DNA of 24,000 bases from an uncultured Thermoplasmata archaeon (GTDB lineage: Archaea > Thermoplasmatota > Thermoplasmata > Thermoplasmatales > Aciduliprofundaceae). The DNA lies in NCBI GenBank assembly GCA_964425415.1, contig CAYRMJ010000004.1, positions 8,313 to 32,312 on the forward strand. Direction: 5' to 3'. The notes under the pieces were generated by a model. It was not told the DNA's origin. It saw only the letters and a program-made list of their open reading frames with translations, and searched no databases. A program made the position numbers and the translations under genes. This document shows, piece by piece, positions 16,419-23,287 of the stretch (positions are counted from its first letter, which is position 1; every line of letters begins with the position of its first letter).

Positions 16419-17234
16419 ATGCATGTGCAAATTGTGCGTGAGCTCACGGGCCCACTGGCCATGGTGATGATTGTTCTGATTGCTACCGTCGCGTACAACA
16501 TACCATCCATCAGTTTTAATTTGACTCCCGTGAATAATGAGGGAAAGTACGAGTTTTCCAACGCAACCGTGGGCCCACAAGGGGTGCTGGATGAAAGCTT
16601 TGTGATTATGGGCATATTCTTCTCTTTATTTCTCATTGTGGTGGCGTTCATTCTCAAACATCGCAAAGATCTATCTCGGAGAATGGGGTATCAGAGCATA
16701 TTCTGGGACCTGATTGCAGGTGCGTTATTCATTATATTCATAAATTTGGTTCTTCTTGCAGGTAATCGCATATCAATAAATCTAAGCGCACAGCCAATTA
16801 AAAGCGGTGCCTTAATCAACGCCACGGTTTTTTACGCTGCATTTCTCCTGATTCTATTATTAATTCTGCTATCTTTGATGGGCGGCAGAAAGAGCAAGAT
16901 AAAGGAAAAAACGGTTAAAAGAGATTACAAAAAATTTGTGGAGAGAGCCATAAAGCATGTGCAGATAACGGAAGATGTGAGGGGAGCCATTCTCCAAGCG
17001 TACAGAGAGATGGAGAAGATGATTTCCATACGCGGTATGAAAGATGCTCCTTATCACACACCGCGAGAGTTCAGGGACTTTGCTCTTAACGAGCTCAAAC
17101 TCTCAATGGAGCCTGTTGAAACTCTCGTATCTCTGTTTGAAACTGCACGGTACAGCACACACACCATGAGTGAGGAGAATCGCAAGGACGCTTTAGATGC
17201 TCTGGAGGCAATAAAAAATGAGCTTGGTTCGTAG
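16419..17234 (+). CDS. 4-TM membrane protein with C-terminal DUF4129-like domain
   Basis: 271 aa. Four hydrophobic helices, with sequons in the external loops. The cytoplasmic C-terminus (ILQAYREMEKMISIRGMKDAPYHTPREFRDFAL...LVSLFETARYSTHTMSEENRKDALDALEAI) matches my recollection of the DUF4129 pattern (tpREy...ye.arYs....e). Confidence 0.6.
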   Translation: MHVQIVRELTGPLAMVMIVLIATVAYNIPSISFNLTPVNNEGKYEFSNATVGPQGVLDESFVIMGIFFSLFLIVVAFILKHRKDLSRRMGYQSIFWDLIAGALFIIFINLVLLAGNRISINLSAQPIKSGALINATVFYAAFLLILLLILLSLMGGRKSKIKEKTVKRDYKKFVERAIKHVQITEDVRGAILQAYREMEKMISIRGMKDAPYHTPREFRDFALNELKLSMEPVETLVSLFETARYSTHTMSEENRKDALDALEAIKNELGS

Positions 17235-17727
17235 GTTCTACGGATACTTTGCACTATTAATCGTTGGATGGCTAATCATAGCAGTCATTCCAGTACAGCA
17301 CAATCCAGAGCTGTTTTTGTGGTATGCGGCTCTGATTTCAATTGCGTATGTACCATACATATTCATAAGTGAGAGCAAACCACGGGCTGATGTGCACGAA
17401 ACTGAGGACTGGAAACCAAAGGTTATGAATGACATGGCTCATTTTCGGGAGGTTGTTGAGCGCGCGGTAAAGGGCAATCCAATAGCCCAGCGTGAAGTTG
17501 AGATGAGAATTTTGAATATGGTGAGCATGGAACTCGCTCTGCGCTACGAGGTTCCAGCAAAAAAGCTGAGGGACAGTTTTGGAGATGTGAAATTTTTGAG
17601 AAGATATATGGGAGATGTTGCGAAGGATGTGGTTTCTCTTTACAACAGAAAGCACGATTTGAAACGCGTAGTTCCCGAGAAACAGTTTTTGGGCGAGATT
17701 GAAAGAATTATGGAGGCGATGAAATGA
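17218..17727 (+). CDS. Uncharacterised 2-TM protein with helical cytoplasmic domain (MoxR module)
   Basis: 169 aa. Overlaps the upstream gene by 17 nt. GGAGG lies 9 nt upstream. Two N-terminal TM helices, then a charged helical ~110-aa domain. I do not recognise the family. Confidence 0.55.
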   Translation: MSLVRRFYGYFALLIVGWLIIAVIPVQHNPELFLWYAALISIAYVPYIFISESKPRADVHETEDWKPKVMNDMAHFREVVERAVKGNPIAQREVEMRILNMVSMELALRYEVPAKKLRDSFGDVKFLRRYMGDVAKDVVSLYNRKHDLKRVVPEKQFLGEIERIMEAMK

Positions 17728-18656
17728 ACGAAAAGGTTGATGATATAATCAAAGAGGTAAAGAGAGTAATCGTTGGAAAAGATGAAGTTCTTAAGCAGGT
17801 TCTTTACGCCATTCTGGCTGGTGGACACATTCTGTTTGAGGACAATCCCGGACTGGCAAAGACTCTGATTGCAAGGTCATTTGCAAGGGTTATTGGAATG
17901 GAGTTCAGGCGCGTGCAGTTCACTCCAGATCTTCTTCCGAGCGACATTACAGGCACGTACATCTACGATCGTAAAAGTGGAGATTTCAAGCTTATGAAAG
18001 GCCCCGTATTCACAAATTTGCTGTTGGCAGATGAGATTAACAGAGCTCCGCCCAAGACGCAGGCAGCTCTGCTGGAAGCAATGCAAGAGCGGCAGGTGAC
18101 CATTGAAGGAGAAACCTATGTTCTTGATGAGCCTTTTGTGGTCATTGCCACGCAGAATCCCATTGAGTACGAGGGCACCTATCCTCTGCCAGAAGCACAG
18201 CTGGACAGGTTCTTGGTCAAGTTAAGCGTGGGCTATCCAACCTACGGAGAGGAGATGGAAATTGTGAAGAGGAGAATCTCATGGATGAAAGATGAGATAA
18301 AGCTCAGAAAGGTCGCAGAAAAGGAGGACATTCTGAAGATGCGCGCAGATGTGGAGAAGGTATTTGTGGAACAGGACGTTTTGGATTATCTGGTAACTTT
18401 GGTCCGTGAAACTCGCAAAAATCCGCAGGTTGAAGTGGGCGCATCTCCAAGGGGAACCATAGCAGTTCTAAAACTATCTCGTGCGCGCGCTTATGTGTAC
18501 GGTCGGGACTATGTAGTTCCAGACGATGTGAAAAGCACGTTCAGAATAGCTATGGTGCATCGCATAATTCTAAAGCCAGAGCCGTGGATACGCGGTGTTC
18601 GGCCGGGTGATGTGGTGGAGGACATACTGAAAAAGGTGCCAGTGCCCAAGGTGTGA
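17724..18656 (+). CDS. moxR: MoxR-family AAA+ ATPase
   Basis: 310 aa. Walker A variant PGLAKT, Walker B LLADEINRA, PPKTQAALLEAMQERQVT, VIATQNPIEYEGTYPLPEAQLDRF and SPRG motifs are characteristic of the MoxR (AAA_3) subfamily. ATGA overlap. GGAGG Shine-Dalgarno. Confidence 0.92.
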   Translation: MNEKVDDIIKEVKRVIVGKDEVLKQVLYAILAGGHILFEDNPGLAKTLIARSFARVIGMEFRRVQFTPDLLPSDITGTYIYDRKSGDFKLMKGPVFTNLLLADEINRAPPKTQAALLEAMQERQVTIEGETYVLDEPFVVIATQNPIEYEGTYPLPEAQLDRFLVKLSVGYPTYGEEMEIVKRRISWMKDEIKLRKVAEKEDILKMRADVEKVFVEQDVLDYLVTLVRETRKNPQVEVGASPRGTIAVLKLSRARAYVYGRDYVVPDDVKSTFRIAMVHRIILKPEPWIRGVRPGDVVEDILKKVPVPKV

Positions 18657-19834
18657 TGATGAGAAGCAGAACATACTACTATTTCCTGCTTTACACGGCC
18701 ATACTAATAACTTTGGGAGTTATGTTTATTAGTCCACTTCCCATGCTTCTCTCAATTCCATTTCTATGGCTCATATTCATTGACTCACTCCTTCCTAAAG
18801 AGGAGGCAAAGGTGAAAAGAAAGGTGCCAATTGAGAAACATGTGGAAGGAGATGAGATAAAAATCACTTACAAAATAAGCGGAGTGGGATACTACCATGT
18901 GGAAGATGAGTTTGGAACACTGGCGGGCCATGTTAATGGCTCTTTGAAAAGAGCAAAAAAGAGACAACTTGAAAAATTTGGAAGGTTGAAGTTAAGGAGA
19001 ATGAATGTGAGATATGAGGACTACTTGGGACTTAACTGTAATGCGATGACATATAACACTGAAGATAGAATTGATGTATATCCCCGCATAGAGTATGTTA
19101 GAAAGTTCAGAATTAAGCCACGGAGAACTCGCAGTCTGCTGGGTGACTATCCCTCCAGACGGAAAGGGCTGGGCATGGAGTTTGCAGATATAAGAGAATA
19201 CGTGCCCGGAGATTCAATGAGATGGGTTAACTGGAAAGCCACTGCGAGAAGAGATAGAATAATGGTTAATGAGTACGAGAGTGAGAGAACTGGTGATACT
19301 GTTATACTGTTAGATGTGCGCAGAATTTACAAGGGTGCTGAAGAGTACGAAAAACTTCTTCTTCATTCTGTTCGCGCTGCAGCAACGCTCACAACTTACC
19401 TGTCAAAAACGAAGAACAGAGTTGGTTTTGTGATGCTCAAGGACTCTGTGGATTGGATATATCCCACTTACGGAAAGAGAGCTTTGTATCTAGTCCTTGA
19501 TAAGCTCCTATCCACTAGAAGTGAAAAGTTGAGTAAAGTGCCATTTGAATATGGAAAATTCATAGTATCTCGTTTCTTTCCTCCAAACTCGTTCATAATC
19601 GTGATATCACCTCTTCTGACCATGGATATAGACGATGCCATTGTGGAGCTTCTGGCCAAAAATTACGATATACTGATTATCTCGCCCTCAATAATATCCG
19701 ACTCAGAGGACTTGGCAACTCGCATAATGAAGATGGAGCGGCAAATAAGGCTTAGAAGGCTCAGGTTATACGCCCGAGTGGTGGACTGGAATGTGGAATA
19801 CCCACTAACAAAGACTCTGATGGTGTTAAGATGA
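18653..19834 (+). CDS. DUF58 family protein (2 N-terminal TM helices, degenerate VWA-like domain)
   Basis: 393 aa. Hallmark GMEFADIREYVPGDSMRWVNWKATARRDRIMVNEYESE followed by DTVILLDV, with no DxSxS MIDAS motif. The start is GTG 18653, or ATG 18656/18659, after AGGTG. Overlaps the moxR stop. Confidence 0.85.
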   Translation: MMMRSRTYYYFLLYTAILITLGVMFISPLPMLLSIPFLWLIFIDSLLPKEEAKVKRKVPIEKHVEGDEIKITYKISGVGYYHVEDEFGTLAGHVNGSLKRAKKRQLEKFGRLKLRRMNVRYEDYLGLNCNAMTYNTEDRIDVYPRIEYVRKFRIKPRRTRSLLGDYPSRRKGLGMEFADIREYVPGDSMRWVNWKATARRDRIMVNEYESERTGDTVILLDVRRIYKGAEEYEKLLLHSVRAAATLTTYLSKTKNRVGFVMLKDSVDWIYPTYGKRALYLVLDKLLSTRSEKLSKVPFEYGKFIVSRFFPPNSFIIVISPLLTMDIDDAIVELLAKNYDILIISPSIISDSEDLATRIMKMERQIRLRRLRLYARVVDWNVEYPLTKTLMVLR

Positions 19835-20319
19835 ATCTCAAAATGAATATGGGAGTGCTTCGTTCTTACTTATCTCTCATAATTTACTTTGTAATAGTGC
19901 TCGTATTCACCTCTGGCGGTGCAACTCTTCTCGTTTTAGGAATTGCAGGAGGAGTGTTTTTACTTCTTTATCTTCACAGGCTCACTTCTGATGATTCCTT
20001 CTTCTACGCATACATTTTTTTGGCAATGCTCGCTGTGCTGGTGCCATTGGCCTATGCTTCCAAAATATCCACCGCGCACATTGCGTTTATGTACGGAGCT
20101 CTTCTACCGCTATTCTATCATTTTGTGATTGTGCGCTTTGGAGATTACAAAAAAGTTCATCGCATAACATTCATATCATATCTTAGTGCTCCTATTCTGT
20201 CATTTCTATCAGTATATTTGCTGTTCTACTTTCCTCTGAACTTCGGATTCTACGCAACTGTTGCGCTGATTTTTATAGTGGTTCTTCTCTACTACCCCCT
20301 TTCTAGCGTCAATTCATGA
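19831..20319 (+). CDS. Uncharacterised polytopic membrane protein (about 5 TM), last gene of the MoxR module
   Basis: 162 aa and almost entirely hydrophobic. ATGA overlap with the DUF58 stop. GGTG lies 5 nt upstream. I do not recognise the family. Confidence 0.55.
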   Translation: MNLKMNMGVLRSYLSLIIYFVIVLVFTSGGATLLVLGIAGGVFLLLYLHRLTSDDSFFYAYIFLAMLAVLVPLAYASKISTAHIAFMYGALLPLFYHFVIVRFGDYKKVHRITFISYLSAPILSFLSVYLLFYFPLNFGFYATVALIFIVVLLYYPLSSVNS

Positions 20320-21298
20320 ATCTCAATATGGCTGCTACGCCACCCAAATGCTCCAAAATTTTTCCCTTCTCGTGAGATGTGCTTATTATGTGAATTTTTG
20401 CGGCAGTGTCCCTCGCCATTTCCATCAAATCATTCAGCTCACGGTATTTTTTGTCAGATATCAATAAGATTTCCACCGCACCCATGTTCAGGTACTTTTT
20501 AACTTCATCATATCCATAAGCGTAAAGTCCATTTTTGCTTATCTCCTCAAGCAACTGATCCACCAATTTCTCTTCCATTGCAAGGCGTGTGTCCTTCAAA
20601 ACACGATGTAAAGATGATTTCATAACTTCGTATATGCCGCGCATGTCTCCATGTGCCGCCTGCAAAACAGCATAGTTTTTTAATTCAGGGCCTGCAAACT
20701 TCACAAAATCCTCCTTGTAAAAGCCCGGACCTAAAATTATCAGGGGAAACTCAGGATTCCAAACGCTTTTTAGAGCACTTAGTACTTCTCCGAAGAATTC
20801 ATCGTCTTCATCACCCCTCTTTCTCAGAGTAGCAATCTCTTGAATTCCATACGCGCGAAGCAAGGCGATTGTGGCAAGACCGTGCTCAAGGCCGAGAAAA
20901 TAAACCTGCGGTTTTTGTGAATTTTCAACCGCTTCATTTAGCAACTCTCTATCTTCACGCGTCCATCTCTCTTTGATTATTGATATCTCATCGCCCAAGC
21001 CCAAATTTATGGTTTGATAAAGACCTAACACGTCCTCTGGCCCATGTGCTATCTTTCCACTTATCCTAAGGCGGTCTGCAAACTCCTGAAACTCAACACG
21101 TTCCACAACAATGCCCACTCTCATCCTCTTTCTCGGAGCCTTCTTTGCTCTCTGCATGTCCTCTCTACCCGTATCTTTCCTGAACACCGTTCCAAAAACC
21201 AAATCACCGATGGCGATGACATTTTTCAAGTACCACAGGTCATCCACGGTCTCAACTCTCACAGATACCTCATTTTTCTCCTTCTCTTCAACTTTCAT
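20309..21298 (-). CDS. pelA: Pelota (Dom34 homologue), ribosome rescue / no-go decay factor
   Basis: N-terminus VETVDDLWYLKNVIAIGDLV is the typical Pelota opening. eRF1-like central and C-terminal domains (GAVEILLISD...HIISTSHEKGKILEHLGGVAAILRF). I prefer the ATG at 21298 (MKVEEKEK) because AGGTGA lies 5 nt upstream. The ORF track starts at a GTG at 21307. Confidence 0.9.
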   Translation of the reverse strand: MKVEEKEKNEVSVRVETVDDLWYLKNVIAIGDLVFGTVFRKDTGREDMQRAKKAPRKRMRVGIVVERVEFQEFADRLRISGKIAHGPEDVLGLYQTINLGLGDEISIIKERWTREDRELLNEAVENSQKPQVYFLGLEHGLATIALLRAYGIQEIATLRKRGDEDDEFFGEVLSALKSVWNPEFPLIILGPGFYKEDFVKFAGPELKNYAVLQAAHGDMRGIYEVMKSSLHRVLKDTRLAMEEKLVDQLLEEISKNGLYAYGYDEVKKYLNMGAVEILLISDKKYRELNDLMEMARDTAAKIHIISTSHEKGKILEHLGGVAAILRFMN

Positions 21299-21746
21299 TT
21301 GCTTCACCTATTATTTCATTTATTTTTTTCTCAATTCTCTCAGTATGCGTGCCCCACCAGTACACGCGTCCGCACTTAGGACATTGGTAAAATTCTTCGT
21401 GAGTCTGGTAAATGTACTCAGGTACGCGCCCTTTCACCTTTTCTTTGCTAACAGGAAGAAGAGGCTCATTGCAAATGGAACAGCGCTCAAGAATGTGCTC
21501 GGCGTTCAGAGAGAATTGGGAAATTACATCTTTTAGCTGTTCCTCGTATTTATCACTCTTTACAAAATAACCGCCACTTCTCACTGCAAGCTCTCTGTCT
21601 CTGGTTAAAATTATTCTTTTCTCTTTTTTTGCAAGTTCCATGATCTCTTCATCACTCATTTTTCCATCAGGATAATAAGTGTCGTAACCCATAAATCGCA
21701 GATATTTTGCCAGCTTTCCGAGCATGTGGTCAGCCAAGAATTTCAC
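21288..21746 (-). CDS. Mut7-C (DUF82) PIN-like RNase domain protein with C-terminal zinc ribbon
   Basis: 152 aa, GTG start. N-terminus KFLADHMLGKLAKYLRFMGYDT and ...ILTRD... fit the Mut7-C PIN-like fold. C-terminal CSICN...CPKCGRVYWWGTH is the family's Zn ribbon. Its 3' end overlaps the pelota start by 11-20 nt. Confidence 0.8.
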   Translation of the reverse strand: MKFLADHMLGKLAKYLRFMGYDTYYPDGKMSDEEIMELAKKEKRIILTRDRELAVRSGGYFVKSDKYEEQLKDVISQFSLNAEHILERCSICNEPLLPVSKEKVKGRVPEYIYQTHEEFYQCPKCGRVYWWGTHTERIEKKINEIIGEANES

Positions 21747-21767
21747 ACACTGTTATGAGAAATGTGA

Positions 21768-21775
21768 TTTATTAT
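21768..21775 (-). promoter_or_regulatory. Candidate BRE/TATA element for the Mut7-C/pelota operon (leaderless, GTG start)
   Basis: The minus strand reads GGGAAAA-ATAATAAA. The 3' end of the box is 22-23 nt from the GTG at 21746. No Shine-Dalgarno. Confidence 0.35.
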
Positions 21776-21795
21776 TTTTCCCAATGTGGCGGAAA

Positions 21796-21803
21796 ATATT
21801 ATT
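21796..21803 (+). promoter_or_regulatory. Candidate BRE/TATA element for the geranylgeranyl-reductase-family gene (leaderless, GTG start)
   Basis: GGAAAA-(T)ATATTATT followed by AAAAATA. The 3' end of the box is about 23 nt from the GTG at 21827. No Shine-Dalgarno. Confidence 0.35.
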
Positions 21804-21826
21804 AAAAATAGCTCAATGTCCGTGTC

Positions 21827-22939
21827 GTGCTGGATGTTGCAGTCGTGGGTGCGGGTCCGATAGGACTTTACATAGCCGCAAATATCGCAAAGGAAGGATA
21901 CGAAGTTGCAGTTTTTGAGGAACACTCTGAAATAGGCGTGCCCACACATTGCTCTGGGCTATTTTCCACACGAATATTTGACATCGTTGGAAAATTTGCA
22001 GTGCTTCATCCTGCCAAACGCGCAAGAATTTTCGCTCCAAATGGAAGTGTTCTTCACATAGGAGATTCCAGAATTCACGGATATGTTGTTGATAGAGTGG
22101 AATTTGACAGGAAGCTCGCATCCATGGCGATAAAAAATGGTGCGGATATATTTTTAAAGGAAAGGGTAAAAAAAATTAAATACCCTGCCATTCAAACTTG
22201 GAATAGGGCTTGGAAGGCAAAAATCATAGTAGGGGCTGATGGAATCAACAGCGTGGTGCGCAGGAGCTTGAATGTTAAAGCACAAAAATTGATAGGTGCT
22301 GCACAGGTTGTGGCTAAATACGATTTTGAGGATGTGGAGGGTGTGGACATTTTCGTGGGCAATAAAATAGCACCGGGGTTTTTCGGGTGGGTTATACCTC
22401 TAGAGGAGGGGTTGGCGAGAATTGGCGTTGCATCGTACGGGAACAGCTGGAGCAATCTGAGAGTTCTTTTAAATCGCCTGAATGCTAAGCCACTATCTAT
22501 AGGAGGAGGAGGCATACCGATAGGAACGGTGACCAGAACTCATTTTAGAGGAATAATTCTGGTGGGTGATGCTGCAGGACAGGTCAAGGCCACCAGCGGG
22601 GGCGGTGTGTATCCGGGACTGCGCGCGGCGCAATGTGCAGTTTCAGCGCTCAAAAAAGCTTTGGAGATGGGGGACTTTGAGAATTTAGAGGAATATGAGA
22701 GGTGCTGGAAGCGCACAATAGGAAAAGAACTTGCAAATGCTTTGAAAATTCACAAATTTTACAGAAAATTGACAGATGAGGATTTCAATCAACTAATTTT
22801 ACAGCTCTCAAAGAAGGATAATGTAGATATAATAAACAGGTACGGAGATATAGATTATCCGTCCAGAGTTGCATGGAAGCTTTTCAGGAAGAATCCAAGG
22901 CTTTTGAAGTATTTGGGCGTGGTGCTGCGACAGGGGTAA
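21827..22939 (+). CDS. FAD-dependent oxidoreductase, geranylgeranyl reductase family
   Basis: 370 aa. N-terminal dinucleotide-binding fold VAVVGAGPIGLYIA...VAVFEE. HCSGL near aa 40. GADGINSVVRR and the second FAD motif LVGDAAGQVKATSGGG are typical of archaeal GGR-family flavoproteins. The substrate (lipid versus quinone side chain) cannot be told from the sequence. Confidence 0.78.
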   Translation: MLDVAVVGAGPIGLYIAANIAKEGYEVAVFEEHSEIGVPTHCSGLFSTRIFDIVGKFAVLHPAKRARIFAPNGSVLHIGDSRIHGYVVDRVEFDRKLASMAIKNGADIFLKERVKKIKYPAIQTWNRAWKAKIIVGADGINSVVRRSLNVKAQKLIGAAQVVAKYDFEDVEGVDIFVGNKIAPGFFGWVIPLEEGLARIGVASYGNSWSNLRVLLNRLNAKPLSIGGGGIPIGTVTRTHFRGIILVGDAAGQVKATSGGGVYPGLRAAQCAVSALKKALEMGDFENLEEYERCWKRTIGKELANALKIHKFYRKLTDEDFNQLILQLSKKDNVDIINRYGDIDYPSRVAWKLFRKNPRLLKYLGVVLRQG

Positions 22940-23287
22940 ATGAGATGGAATACGAGAGACGGTCCAACAAACAAGGGAAATGAAAACGCCAACTCTGGCA
23001 ATTCCACCTTCGGAGGATTCATGCACAGTATTTGGCTTTGGCTCATAATTCTGGTGGTGATTGCAGTGATTATTGTGGTGCTTGCGATGCGGCGCAGAAA
23101 GCCTGAGAGGATAGAGAAATCAGAGGAAGAAAGCGATGTCTCGCTGCCTCCAGCAGGAGGATTCGTTGAAGCTCAGACGATAAACGTGGTATGCCCGCAC
23201 TGCGGCTATGCAGGAGAGGTCCCAGCGAGCATGCGTGGACAAACAGTGAAATGCCCGAACTGTGGAAACGCGTTTAAAATCTCTTAA
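22940..23287 (+). CDS. Small single-pass membrane protein with C-terminal MJ0042-type zinc ribbon
   Basis: 115 aa. The ATG follows the upstream TAA directly. Asn/Gly-rich N-terminus with an NST sequon, one TM (IWLWLIILVVIAVIIVVLAM) followed by RRRK, an acidic linker, then CPHC-x16-CPNC. An alternative start is M28 (23021). Confidence 0.55.
   Translation: MRWNTRDGPTNKGNENANSGNSTFGGFMHSIWLWLIILVVIAVIIVVLAMRRRKPERIEKSEEESDVSLPPAGGFVEAQTINVVCPHCGYAGEVPASMRGQTVKCPNCGNAFKIS

Noticed and set aside
16419-17727. The 17-nt overlap between the DUF4129 gene and the next ORF, considered as a frameshifted single gene or pseudogene.
   Set aside because: The downstream ORF has its own ATG with GGAGG 9 nt upstream and begins with a new pair of TM helices. 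Both ORFs are intact, so this is ordinary overlapping-gene coupling.
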